Shown here one piece after another: positions 35,161-44,726 of a stretch of DNA of 64,000 bases. The notes beneath the pieces are model-generated. The model was given only the letters and a program-made list of their open reading frames with translations. It was not told the origin of the DNA and did not search any database. Source of the DNA: Thermoanaerobaculia bacterium (GTDB taxonomy: Bacteria > Acidobacteriota > Thermoanaerobaculia > Thermoanaerobaculales > Sulfomarinibacteraceae); assembly GCA_027067575.1 (NCBI GenBank), contig JAMOVQ010000179.1:8885-72884 (forward strand), written 5' to 3'. How positions within the stretch are numbered: the first letter of the stretch is position 1; every line of letters begins with the position of its first letter. A program made the position numbers and the translations under genes.

Positions 35161-36348
35161 TCAGGCGCCGATCAGGACGAGCTCCCGCTGGATCGGTCCG
35201 ACGACCTCCACCGATCCGGACGGTGTGATGAAGACATCGATCTCCGTCCGGACGGCCATCTCCCCGGAAATGTAGATCCCGGGTTCGATGGAGAAGCAGA
35301 TCCCGGGAACAAGGAGCCGGTCGTCCCGGGTCTCCAGGTTGTCGATGTTGACGCCGTTCCCGTGGACCGATTCTCCGATCGAGTGGCCGGTCCTGTGGAT
35401 GAAATGGTCGCAGTACCCCGCTTCCCACACGACGGACCGGCAGGCGTCGTCCACCTCCCACCCGTGGAGCGGCTCACCGGCAGCGAACCGCTGACGGACC
35501 AGGTCGAGAGCTGCGTCGCGGGCCTTACAGACGATGTCGAAGATCTTCACATACTCCTGGGGCGGGTCCTCGCCGACGTACCCGCACCAGGTAATGTCGT
35601 AGTAGATCGAGCCTGGCCTCGCGAACCGCGCCCAGAGGTCGATCAGGATCCTGTCTCCCGGGCGGATCGGCCGCGAGTTCTCCGGCGTGGGTTCGAAGTG
35701 GGGGTTGGCCTGCTGCTCGTCGCTTCCCACGATCGGATGGTCCCCGTCGTCGGTCAGTCCCTCCTCGTGGAAGCGGCGCACGATGAACTGCTGGACCTCG
35801 TACTGGGTCAGGTCCCGGCCCGCACTCACGGCGTCGCCGATCAGCCGGAACGCCTCGTCCTTGATCGCATGGACCCTGAGCCCCGCCTCGGCGTGGGAAC
35901 GGTATGCCACCTCGTCGAGTACCGCCTCGAACGTCTGGACCAGGTCGGCGGAGCTGACCACCTCGTACCCGAACGACCGGATCAGGTCGATCGTGCCGGC
36001 GTCCACGACGGAGACGTACGGGATGTTGGCCATGGGGGAGAACTGCATCGCCACGGTACGGGCCGAGCCGAGGATGGAGCGGAGCCCGGCGTGGAGCTCC
36101 TGCCACGAGAGGTACCGGTGCTTCGTGCCGGGGAGCGCGTCGAGCCGGTCGGCCTCGACCTTCGACACCAGCCCGGCGGGTTCGCCCTCCGCGGGGATCC
36201 AGTAGAACCAGCGCCGCGTCGCCATCGCGCCGGAGTCGAGGCCCAGGACCCGGTACGCGATCCCGTCGCGGTTGTGGAAGTCGTAGAACAGCCAGCCGTC
36301 GATCCCGGCGGCCCGGAGCTCTTGCTGGATTCGTGCGATGTCGGCCAT
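35161..36348 (-). CDS. Xaa-Pro aminopeptidase / M24 family peptidase
   Basis: Start at MADIARIQQELRAAGIDGWLFYDF. The C-terminal pita-bread metal ligands include HRTGHSIG, FSIEPGIY and the final EID region. Confidence 0.85.
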   Translation of the reverse strand: MADIARIQQELRAAGIDGWLFYDFHNRDGIAYRVLGLDSGAMATRRWFYWIPAEGEPAGLVSKVEADRLDALPGTKHRYLSWQELHAGLRSILGSARTVAMQFSPMANIPYVSVVDAGTIDLIRSFGYEVVSSADLVQTFEAVLDEVAYRSHAEAGLRVHAIKDEAFRLIGDAVSAGRDLTQYEVQQFIVRRFHEEGLTDDGDHPIVGSDEQQANPHFEPTPENSRPIRPGDRILIDLWARFARPGSIYYDITWCGYVGEDPPQEYVKIFDIVCKARDAALDLVRQRFAAGEPLHGWEVDDACRSVVWEAGYCDHFIHRTGHSIGESVHGNGVNIDNLETRDDRLLVPGICFSIEPGIYISGEMAVRTEIDVFITPSGSVEVVGPIQRELVLIGA

Positions 36349-36466
36349 CGGCGCCTCCTCCGGGCAGGCTACCACGTCCGACGGGAATGGCGGGCCGGGA
36401 CACCGGCACGGGCCAGGGAAGGTGGTTGCGCTCGCGGACCGGGCGCGGTATGATCCGCCTCCCGGT

Positions 36467-36542
36467 GGGGCCGTAGCTCAGCTGGGAGAGCGCTGGAATC
36501 GCACTCCAGAGGTCGAGGGTTCGACTCCCTTCGGCTCCACCA
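36467..36542 (+). tRNA. tRNA-Ala (anticodon CGC)
   Basis: The cloverleaf was read by hand. The acceptor stem is GGGGCCG/CGGCTCC with the G3:U70 Ala identity pair. The D arm is GCTC/GAGC, the anticodon loop is ATCGCAC, and the T arm is GAGGG-TTCGACT-CCCTT. CCA is encoded. Confidence 0.95.
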
Positions 36543-36559
36543 GACCGATCCGGAGATCG

Positions 36560-36588
36560 CCGCCGTTCGCCGTGAGCGGCGGTTTTTT
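36560..36588 (+). terminator. Intrinsic terminator after tRNA-Ala
   Basis: The stem CCGCCGTTC/GAGCGGCGG (36560-36582) is followed by TTTTTT (36583-36588). Confidence 0.75.
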
Positions 36589-36762
36589 CATGGGCAGCGC
36601 CGAAGGGAGTCTCACCTTCGGTTGCCTGCCTCCGGGGCGCTGCCCCTGCGGCGGCGTCGGCCCGCGACGAGCGGGCGGCTGCACGCCGGGCACCCGCCCT
36701 CCTTCGGACCCCCTCCGGCTGCATCCGCGCACCGCTCCTCGCGGTCGGGGTACACTCCACGG

Positions 36763-37665
36763 GTGGCACGGGACGGACGCCGGAAGCTCAAGCACGATCT
36801 GATCTACGCGGGGTTCCGTGCGTTCCTCGGGGCTGGGTCGCGGCTTCCGCTCGGCATGACTCGGCCCTTGGGGCGTACGGTCGGCCGCGCGGCGCTCCTG
36901 CTGGCGGCGCGGGACAGGGCGCGGGCCGAGGCACACCTGCGCCTCGCTTGGCCGGAGATGGAGGACGCCGACCGCCGGCGGATGCTCCGCGCCACGGCAC
37001 GGCATCTGGGCGAGACGCTCGCCGAGGTCGTCTGGCTGTGGCGCGCCCGGCCCGAGGCGATCCTGGCGCGGACCGAGATCCACGGCTTCGAGCACCTCAG
37101 GGCAGCGCTCGATGCCGGGCGTGGCGCCGTGCTGGTCACCTGCCACTGTGGAAACTGGGAGTGGCTCAACGCAGTCCTCGGCCTGGAGGGGATCCCCATG
37201 ACGCTGGCCGTCCGGGCCCTCTACGATCCCCGGATGGGGGCGCTCGCCACGAGGCTGAGGAGCCGCTTCGGAGCGAGGGTTCTCGAACGGGGGCGCAGCG
37301 CCGGGCGGGGCCTCCTGGCCGCCATCCGGAGGAACCGGGTCGCCGGGCTCCTGATCGATCAGGACATCCGCGGCGTCCCGGGCGTCTTCGTCCCGTTCTT
37401 CGGCCGGGAGGCGTGGACGCCGTCCGGCGCCGCGCAGCTCGCCCTGGCGGCGAACGCCCCGGTGATTCCCGCCTTCATCCACCGGCGAGAGGACGGGGTC
37501 CACGTGGCCCAGGCCCACCCGCCCCTGCCCGTTCCGGAGACCGCCGACCGGGACTCTGCCGTCCGCGAGCTGACCGCTGCGGCCACGGCGGCCATCGAGG
37601 CCCATGTCCGCCGGCACCCGCCCCAGTGGGTCTGGATGCACCGCCGCTGGCGCACCCGGCCCTGA
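36763..37665 (+). CDS. Lysophospholipid / lipid A late acyltransferase (LpxL/HtrB family)
   Basis: The HX4D-type catalytic context is LVTCHCGNWEW. LLIDQD...VPFFGREAWTPSGAAQLA...P.QWVWMHRRW is also present. The start is uncertain; GTG 36763 is chosen just before the N-terminal hydrophobic segment. Confidence 0.75.
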   Translation: MARDGRRKLKHDLIYAGFRAFLGAGSRLPLGMTRPLGRTVGRAALLLAARDRARAEAHLRLAWPEMEDADRRRMLRATARHLGETLAEVVWLWRARPEAILARTEIHGFEHLRAALDAGRGAVLVTCHCGNWEWLNAVLGLEGIPMTLAVRALYDPRMGALATRLRSRFGARVLERGRSAGRGLLAAIRRNRVAGLLIDQDIRGVPGVFVPFFGREAWTPSGAAQLALAANAPVIPAFIHRREDGVHVAQAHPPLPVPETADRDSAVRELTAAATAAIEAHVRRHPPQWVWMHRRWRTRP

Positions 37666-37959
37666 GGTTTCGCGGATACCGAGGCAGACGAGACATCCGC
37701 ATCCGGACCGAGCCGAGTCGAGCCGAGGAACGGGACGGCGTGGGGGTGATACGCCAGCGGCGCCCTGCCTGCGACCACGCATCAACGGAGCGGTGAGGGG
37801 TCGCACAGGCTCGTCCTCCAGCGAGCCGGTTCCAGCGGCCGGGATCCATGCCTTGTTGTAAGCGGTTGGTTCGGCCCGTCCGGGCCGCGAAACGACATAC
37901 CGGCTCGCGGATTTTCCGGGGTAGAATGATGCGCCGCGTCCGGCGGCTCTGGAGGTACG

Positions 37960-38451
37960 ATGAGGCGAGCGACGGTGTGGATCCTTGCGGGGACGATGAT
38001 TCTCTCGGTGGGTTCGTGCTCGAAGGGCGGTGGAGAGCCGGAGGCCGGAGCACAGGCCGGTGCTGCGGCAGGGACGGCAATGGAACCGGCCGTTTCGGCG
38101 CACGCCGGGAACGACCTCACCTGGGAGACCTCCTGGGACCGCGCCATGGAGCGGGCGCGTGAGGAGAACAAGCCGGTCGTGGTCGACTTCTACGCCGACT
38201 GGTGCGTCTGGTGCAAGACGCTGGACAGCACGACGTACAAGGATCCGAGGGTCGTCGAGATGCTGACCTCGAAGGCGATCCCGCTCAAGATCGACGTGGA
38301 TCACGGCGGCAGAGCGCTGGCCAGGCAGCACCGCGTCTCGGGGCTGCCGACGATCCTGATCGTCGCCCCGGACGGCCGCGAGCTCGGCCGCATTCCGGGG
38401 TACCTCCCTGCGAGCGACTTCCTCGCGGAGATCCAGAAGCACCTCGGCTGA
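37960..38451 (+). CDS. Thioredoxin-fold lipoprotein (WCVWC active site)
   Basis: The lipobox is ILSVGSC. The thioredoxin motif is VVVDFYADWCVWCK, with a downstream GLPT cis-Pro loop. Confidence 0.8.
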   Translation: MRRATVWILAGTMILSVGSCSKGGGEPEAGAQAGAAAGTAMEPAVSAHAGNDLTWETSWDRAMERAREENKPVVVDFYADWCVWCKTLDSTTYKDPRVVEMLTSKAIPLKIDVDHGGRALARQHRVSGLPTILIVAPDGRELGRIPGYLPASDFLAEIQKHLG

Positions 38452-38541
38452 CGGCGATCCCGGCGCGTACGGTCCGGGAAGATCCACGGACGGCGGAGGC
38501 GGGGAGGGTCCGTTCGTCCCTCCCGACGTCTGTCCCGGGCC

Positions 38542-40974
38542 TCAATGGGCCGCCGTTCTCCTCTCCGTCTCGCGCGCGATCCGCTCGTCGGCCACGGCGA
38601 TCGCTTCCGGGGTCGGCATTGGCTCGCCGGGCCTCGGCGTGTAGTACGGCTCCTGGAACGGCCATGGCAGCTTGACGATCTCGTGCATCTCCGGCGGACA
38701 GTCTCTCGTGGGCTCCGTCCCGTCGAGGAACGCCTCGAGAAGCACCCACTCCGGAGGGCAGGCGGGGGTCGCCCGGAGCCCCGTCCGTCCATCGACGGGA
38801 GAGAACACCACACCGCCGGGAACGGGGAAGTCGAGCTTCCGTTCTTCCTCGGACAACCCCTCGAGGTACGCCTTCATGAACCGGATCCAGATCGGCAAGG
38901 CGGCCCGGGCGCCGGTCATCCTGCGCCCGATGGAGTCCTTCCGGTCGCGTCCGACCCAGACGCCAACGGTGATCCTCGGCGAGAACCCGACGAACCAGGC
39001 GTCGGTGTAGTCGTTCGTGGTGCCCGTCTTGCCGCAGAGCACGGCGGGCAGCTTCCGGGCCTGCTGGCCCGTCCCGCGGAGGACGACGCCCCGGAGCACC
39101 TGAACGAGCAGGTAGGTCGGCGCCGGTGCACCGGCCCGCGTCATCGCTGGAAAATGGTGCTCGAGCACCCGGCCGTTCCGGTCGTCGACCTCATGGACCA
39201 GAACCGGCTCCGGGGCCTCACCAAGGTTGGCAAACCCCGCGTACGCCCGCGTCATCTCGATCAAACGCACCTCGAGGGACCCCAGCGCCAGCGAGGCGAA
39301 CGGGTGGAGCGGCGTCGTGATCCCGAACGCCTTCGCCGTGTCCACCACCGCACGCCCCCCGACCAGTTGCTGGAGCTTCACCGCTGTGGCGTTGTAGCTG
39401 TGTTCGAGCGCCCGCCGGAGCGGCGTGATGCCGTGATAGGTGCCGTGATAGTTCCTCGGGCAGTAGGTCAGCTGGCCCCTGGCGTCGGCGAGCAGGAACG
39501 GACAGTCAAAGAGGGTATCGGCCGGCGAAAACCCCTGTTCGAACGCTGCGAGGTAGACGAAAGGCTTGAACGCGGAGCCACACTGCCGCAGCGCCTGGGT
39601 CGCGCGGTTGAACTGACTCCGGGCGAAGTCGAACCCGCCGACCATCGCCAGTACGTCGCCCGTGGCGTTGTCGATGGCGACCAGCGCACCCTCCAGCCCC
39701 GGATCCTGGAGCAACCTCACCTCGAGCGGGGCGTCCTCCCCCGGGAGCGGATCCGGCAGCCGGACCAGGACGCGGTCCCCCGGCCTCAGCACGCGCCTGA
39801 GGGAACCAGCACCGGTCCAGCGGATCGCCTTCCGGGGCAGCACGGCCTCGCGATCCCCGATCCGCAACCGGGCCTCCCTCCGCCCAACGGACGCCACGAT
39901 GGCGTACACCATGCTGTCCGGTTCGAGGACAAGAGGGTGCCAGGCCGGATCGTCCCACGCCTCGGGCGACCTCACCTTCCCGGAGTCCACGACGTTCTCC
40001 GGCCGCCGATACCCCAGTGACATGTCGAGGGAGACCAGGCCATCACGGACTGCCCGCTCCGCCACCCGCTGGAGAACCGGATCCATGGCCGTGTGGACGA
40101 CGAGTCCGCTCCGGTACAGCTCGTCGGTGCCGTAGGTGCGTTCGAGCTCCCGCCGGACCGTCTCCAGGTAGTACCCGCCCGTCCGGTGGGTCCGGAGGTG
40201 CAGGGTCGCCCCGAGCGGCTCGGCGATCGCCTCGTCGTACGCATCCTTCGTGATAAAGCCGTGCTCCAGCATCCTGGCGAGCACTGCGTTGCGGCGCGCC
40301 AGGGCGTTGGCCGGGTTCTGGATCGGTGAGAACTTCCGGTTCGGGCTGGGAATGATCGCCGCCAGCAAGGCCGCCTGGGCCAGAGACAGCTCCTTTGCAG
40401 GTTTGCCGAAGTACAGCCGCGAGGCGGCCTCCACGCCGTACGCCCCATGTCCGAGGAACACGAGGTTGGCGTACATGGTCAGGATCTGGTCCTTGGTGTA
40501 CCGCTTCTCGATGTCGATGGCGAGCAGCGCCTCCCGAATCTTTCGCACCAGGGTGTGCTCCCGGGTCAGGAACAGGTTGAGGGCAAGTTGCTGGGTCAGC
40601 GTCGAGGCACCACCCTTGGCCCCGAGCTTCCACGCCCGGACCGACTGGTAGACCGCCCGGAGTACGGCGAACGGATCGACGCCGCTGTGGGCGTAGAAGT
40701 CCACGTCCTCCGCCGCGACGATCGCCAGCTTGAGGTTGTCCGGGATCTCGTCCGGCTTGAGCGGAATCCTCTTCTCGACGGCGAAGGAGGCGACCTCGTC
40801 ACCGTTTCGATCCAGCACCCGGGTGGCCGCCGCCAGCTCGATCGTGTCGAGCCGATCCACCTGGGGCAGGTGGATCAGCTGGGCGAACCCCCACCCTACG
40901 AGGGCTCCGGTGACACACCCCGCCACCGCGACCCACACCAGGAACGTCAGCGTCCGGATCCACCGCTCTCGCAC
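38542..40974 (-). CDS. Penicillin-binding protein 1A (bifunctional glycosyltransferase/transpeptidase)
   Basis: GT51 motifs are AAEDVDFYAHSGVD, GASTLTQQL and RKIREA. Transpeptidase motifs are SAFKP, SYN and KTGTTND. GTG start (VRERWIRTLTFLVWVAV) is assumed. Confidence 0.9.
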   Translation of the reverse strand: MRERWIRTLTFLVWVAVAGCVTGALVGWGFAQLIHLPQVDRLDTIELAAATRVLDRNGDEVASFAVEKRIPLKPDEIPDNLKLAIVAAEDVDFYAHSGVDPFAVLRAVYQSVRAWKLGAKGGASTLTQQLALNLFLTREHTLVRKIREALLAIDIEKRYTKDQILTMYANLVFLGHGAYGVEAASRLYFGKPAKELSLAQAALLAAIIPSPNRKFSPIQNPANALARRNAVLARMLEHGFITKDAYDEAIAEPLGATLHLRTHRTGGYYLETVRRELERTYGTDELYRSGLVVHTAMDPVLQRVAERAVRDGLVSLDMSLGYRRPENVVDSGKVRSPEAWDDPAWHPLVLEPDSMVYAIVASVGRREARLRIGDREAVLPRKAIRWTGAGSLRRVLRPGDRVLVRLPDPLPGEDAPLEVRLLQDPGLEGALVAIDNATGDVLAMVGGFDFARSQFNRATQALRQCGSAFKPFVYLAAFEQGFSPADTLFDCPFLLADARGQLTYCPRNYHGTYHGITPLRRALEHSYNATAVKLQQLVGGRAVVDTAKAFGITTPLHPFASLALGSLEVRLIEMTRAYAGFANLGEAPEPVLVHEVDDRNGRVLEHHFPAMTRAGAPAPTYLLVQVLRGVVLRGTGQQARKLPAVLCGKTGTTNDYTDAWFVGFSPRITVGVWVGRDRKDSIGRRMTGARAALPIWIRFMKAYLEGLSEEERKLDFPVPGGVVFSPVDGRTGLRATPACPPEWVLLEAFLDGTEPTRDCPPEMHEIVKLPWPFQEPYYTPRPGEPMPTPEAIAVADERIARETERRTAAH

Positions 40975-41008
40975 GAGGGTCAGGGTAGCAGAGCCGGAAG
41001 CCGCAGCG

Positions 41009-42865
41009 TCACGACCCGTTCTTGATCGCGACTGCGAGGTCGGCCGCGTCCAGCACGCCGTCCGAGTTTCCATCGGATTCGGCCTCGGGGCAGGGGTTCG
41101 GATCGTCGCACCGGTCCGCGGCCGCCGTGCCGTCCGTGTCGAACAGCTCCCGGACGATCATGTCGAGATCGTCGCCATCGACCGTCCCATCCCCGGTCGC
41201 GTCGCCGGGGATCGGTCCCGAGACGACGGTCAGGGTAGCCGTCGGGCTGAACGCATCACACGGCTCCGGCGGAGCGGGGATGGCGTCATCGCAGCAGTTC
41301 ACCCGGACATGGATCCGAACCGTGCCGTCCCCGGCACCCGCGGTCACCGTCGCCGTGTACCGGCCGTCGCCGAGATCCTCGAACGGCACGTCCGGGTACG
41401 GAGTCCCGCGATCGAGGGATCCCGTGGCGCTCCCGGACGTCGTCTCGATCCAGCCACGAACGACCTGGCCCGGTACCGCGCCGGAACCGTCGGAGAGCGT
41501 GACCGTCACCGTGGCACTTCCGTTCGGCGACACGGTGGCGGGCGAGACGGTGACGGAGGAGTTCGGGGAAAGCCCGGTGTCCACCCTGGCGGCGGGGTAC
41601 AACCAGTAGGCGACACATCGGTCGTCCTCGCCGAGGGTATCGGCAAGGGCCCCCCCGTGGGAGAACCACCGCATCAGCGCATCCTCGGTCAGGGCGTTGC
41701 CGTTCTCGCCGTTGTCGTACGAATGCCCGAACCCAAGGGTGTGCCCGAGCTCGTGCTGGATCACCTCGGTCAGATCGTCCGCGTCGAGCCAGGCACAATC
41801 CTGGTTCCAGTTCTGGAACACCACGTCCCCCTCGACGGCCGACCACCAGGTGCCGCCCCGGTACGTGTGCTGGCCCGATGCACCATGGATCCCGCCAAAC
41901 GCCAGGACCCCACCGTTGGCACAACTGAACGCACCGTCGATCTCGTCGTACGGATCGTTGAACAGCACCTCCGAGACACCGTCGGTCCCGTTCGCCCACC
42001 CCACACCGTGGGGGGTGTGCCGCCCGGCGTTCGTCATCTCGATCGTCGCCACGGTCTCTCCCGACCACGCCGCCAGCGCCCGGCCGAACTCTGCGGGGCC
42101 GTTGGCGTTGAAGCCGACCTGGGGGTCGTTGCCGTAGTACCACGCTTCCGATCCACCGGTATCGAAAACGTGCCACCGTGCACTGTTCCCCATCAGCTTC
42201 CATTTCCGAGAAGGCTCATCCTCCGGGGTCTCCGGTCCCACGACACCCCCGGACGCCTCGATCTCCGCCCGTGTCAGCCTGTACCGAATATCGCTGGAGG
42301 AGCCCTCCTCCCGCGCCCGGATCCATTCCCGGAACGCGGCGAACTCCCGTGGCCCGTCGGCGAACGGTTCGAAACCCGGCCCCCGCAGGAACAGCCCCTC
42401 TCCGTGGGGGGAACGGCTGACGATCGCCCGCCCGTCCGCGAGCTCGAGCACCCGGAACGCCCCGGCCCAGAAGTCCAGGACCGACCACGCTCCGGAGCGC
42501 GTGCGAACGAGGAACAGGACGACATCCTCCCCACTCCGGAACGGTGGCACGCCGGGAACACGGTCCATCGCCTCCCGTGTGACGCCACCCGGTTCGACGA
42601 TCTCGATCTCCGAATCCGGGATCGAGCCCTTCCACGTCTCGTGGACCAGCAGTTCGACGTGGGTGAAGACGCGGCCGTTCTCGTGGAGCCTGGCCTCCAC
42701 GTCCCCGACCGTGGCGTGGACGATCGCATCCGCCGCAGCCACCATGTTCGCATCGTCTCGGACGACGATGGTCATCGCGGCGGCATCGGACACTGCCAGG
42801 AGCACGATGGCTCCGATCACCAATGCGATCGCTCGTGTTCCCTTGTTCCGGCCCGGACCGTTCAT
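41009..42865 (-). CDS. Secreted zinc metalloprotease (HExxHxxGxxH) with Ig-like domain and C-terminal dockerin-like module
   Basis: SD GGGAGGAAG precedes ATG 42865 and a signal anchor AIALVIGAIVLLAV follows. The metzincin-type motif is VIQHELGHTLGFGH. A Big-like segment follows (VTVSPATVSPNGSATVTVTLSDGSG). Dockerin-like repeats are DATGDGTVDGDDLDMIVRELF and DGNSDGVLDAADLAVAIKNG. Confidence 0.75.
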   Translation of the reverse strand: MNGPGRNKGTRAIALVIGAIVLLAVSDAAAMTIVVRDDANMVAAADAIVHATVGDVEARLHENGRVFTHVELLVHETWKGSIPDSEIEIVEPGGVTREAMDRVPGVPPFRSGEDVVLFLVRTRSGAWSVLDFWAGAFRVLELADGRAIVSRSPHGEGLFLRGPGFEPFADGPREFAAFREWIRAREEGSSSDIRYRLTRAEIEASGGVVGPETPEDEPSRKWKLMGNSARWHVFDTGGSEAWYYGNDPQVGFNANGPAEFGRALAAWSGETVATIEMTNAGRHTPHGVGWANGTDGVSEVLFNDPYDEIDGAFSCANGGVLAFGGIHGASGQHTYRGGTWWSAVEGDVVFQNWNQDCAWLDADDLTEVIQHELGHTLGFGHSYDNGENGNALTEDALMRWFSHGGALADTLGEDDRCVAYWLYPAARVDTGLSPNSSVTVSPATVSPNGSATVTVTLSDGSGAVPGQVVRGWIETTSGSATGSLDRGTPYPDVPFEDLGDGRYTATVTAGAGDGTVRIHVRVNCCDDAIPAPPEPCDAFSPTATLTVVSGPIPGDATGDGTVDGDDLDMIVRELFDTDGTAAADRCDDPNPCPEAESDGNSDGVLDAADLAVAIKNGS

Positions 42866-42969
42866 TGCACTTCCTCCCGTTCCCAACGTACGATGAAACG
42901 ATCCGGCGGGACACTCTCTTCCCGGATCGAGGGGGCATCGGTCGTGAGGACGGTCACGGAAACACCCAC

Positions 42970-43455
42970 ATGCGGTTGATACTCGGTCTCGGCGGCAACC
43001 TCGACGACCCCCCGGCGGCGTTCCAGGGGGCCTTGGATGCCCTCGGCCGGTTCGTCCGCGTCGTGACCGTGTCCTCGCTCTACCGGAGCGACCCTATCGG
43101 CCCCCCACAACCACGGTACTGGAACATGGCCGCACTGCTCGAGATCGCCGTACCGCCCGTCGAGCTTCTCGACCGGTGTCAGGAGCTCGAAGCGGCCGCG
43201 GGACGCGACCGGTCGCGGGAGGTCCTGTGGGGGCCACGGCCGCTGGACCTCGATCTGCTTCTGGCCGAGGGAATCATCGTTCTTGGGGCACGGCTGATCC
43301 TCCCCCATCCCCGGCTCCTCGAACGCCCGTTCGCCCTCGTCCCCGCCGCGGAGGCGGCACCGGACCTTCTCCACCCGCTGGCGGACCGGACCCTGGCCGA
43401 GCTCGCCGCGGGCCCGCACCCCGGACTGGTCCGGGTTGGCCCGTTGCACGGGTGA
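42970..43455 (+). CDS. folK: 2-amino-4-hydroxy-6-hydroxymethyldihydropteridine diphosphokinase
   Basis: MRLILGLGGNL...SSLYRSDPIGPP.QP.Y.N...WGPRPLDLDLL...LILPHPRL.ERPFAL.P is the HPPK signature. Confidence 0.85.
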   Translation: MRLILGLGGNLDDPPAAFQGALDALGRFVRVVTVSSLYRSDPIGPPQPRYWNMAALLEIAVPPVELLDRCQELEAAAGRDRSREVLWGPRPLDLDLLLAEGIIVLGARLILPHPRLLERPFALVPAAEAAPDLLHPLADRTLAELAAGPHPGLVRVGPLHG

Positions 43456-43583
43456 ACGTCGCCTGGGGCCGACAGGCGGACCGGATCAGGGTCCGGGGCG
43501 CTGGGGATACACCGATGATCCTGCGGATCGACGTCCGGGTCCGCCGTTCGGTCCGTTCCTTCCCCTCCCGGAGCGCGTACGCC

Positions 43584-44726
43584 TTATCGCAGGGCGGCGC
43601 GGACGGCGTCCACGGCCGCGTCGATCGCCTCGGCCGTCAGGAACGGGCCGATCCCGGCGCGCACCGTCCCCGAAGGGAAGGTGCCCAGGCGGCGGTGGGC
43701 CGCCGGCGCGCAGTGCAGCCCCGGCCGGAGCATGACGCCGTGGTCCCGGTCGAGCCGGCCGGCCAGTTCCCCGGAGTCTGCGCCCTCTACGGTGAAGGAC
43801 ACTGTGGCCACGCGCGGCTCATCCTCCGTCCAGCCGTGAAGCCGGACGCCGGGGATGCCACGGAGCCCGTCCACGAGCCGGCGGACGAGGCCGAGGGTCC
43901 TCTCGTGGATCGTTGGGACACCCTCCCCGGCGAGCCACCGCACGGCCTCCCCCAGTCCCGCGAACCCCGCTGCGTTGGGCGTTCCCGCCTCGAGCCGGTC
44001 CGGGAGCCAGTCCGGCATCGCCTCCGACTCGGAGCGGGAGCCCGTCCCGCCACGGACCAGCGGCTCCAAGGTCTCCGCCAGCGCCTCCGACAGCAGCAGG
44101 ATGCCCGTTCCCGGCGGCCCGAGCAACCCCTTGTGCCCCGAGGCGACGAACGCCGCCAGGCCCGAGCGGCCGAAGTGGAACGGGACGCTCCCGGCGGTCT
44201 GGGCGCCGTCCGCCACCACCGGAACCGGGGCCACCGCCCGGGCGACGGCCTCCACGGGCAGCACCGCCCCCGAGACGTTGGAGGCGTGGGCGAGCACCAC
44301 GAGGCGGGTCCGCGTCTCCCCCACGGCCGCCGCGATCTCCTCCGGCTTCGGCACCCCCCACCGGTGGGCGGCCTCCACGACCCGGACCCCGATCCCGGCC
44401 GTGCGCTCCAGGTGCCGCAGCGGCCGCATCACCGCATTGTGCTCCAGCGCCGACACCACGACTCTGTCGCCCGTCCCCAGGATGCCCGCCAACACCGTGT
44501 TGATCCAGAACGTCGCACCTGGGCCGAGGAGCGTGCGCTCCGGATCGGCTCCCAGCAGGCTGGCCACCGCGTCGCGGCACCCCTCGACGGCCCTCGAGGC
44601 GGCCACGGTCAGGCGGTGCCCACCCCGGCCGGGGTTGCCCGCGGACTCGTCGAGGAACCGCGCCACCGCCCGGGAGACGCCGGGGGCCTTGGGGAACGAG
44701 GTGGCGGCGTGGTCCAGGTAGATCAC
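43584..44726 (-). CDS. Class V aminotransferase (cysteine desulfurase / selenocysteine lyase family)
   Basis: VIYLDHAATSFPKAPGV..., HASNVSG, and the PLP-Lys context SGHKGLLGPPGTG are present, with the C-terminal RPGLHCAP loop. The GTG start overlaps the yedF stop (GTGA). Confidence 0.85.
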   Translation of the reverse strand: MIYLDHAATSFPKAPGVSRAVARFLDESAGNPGRGGHRLTVAASRAVEGCRDAVASLLGADPERTLLGPGATFWINTVLAGILGTGDRVVVSALEHNAVMRPLRHLERTAGIGVRVVEAAHRWGVPKPEEIAAAVGETRTRLVVLAHASNVSGAVLPVEAVARAVAPVPVVADGAQTAGSVPFHFGRSGLAAFVASGHKGLLGPPGTGILLLSEALAETLEPLVRGGTGSRSESEAMPDWLPDRLEAGTPNAAGFAGLGEAVRWLAGEGVPTIHERTLGLVRRLVDGLRGIPGVRLHGWTEDEPRVATVSFTVEGADSGELAGRLDRDHGVMLRPGLHCAPAAHRRLGTFPSGTVRAGIGPFLTAEAIDAAVDAVRAALR

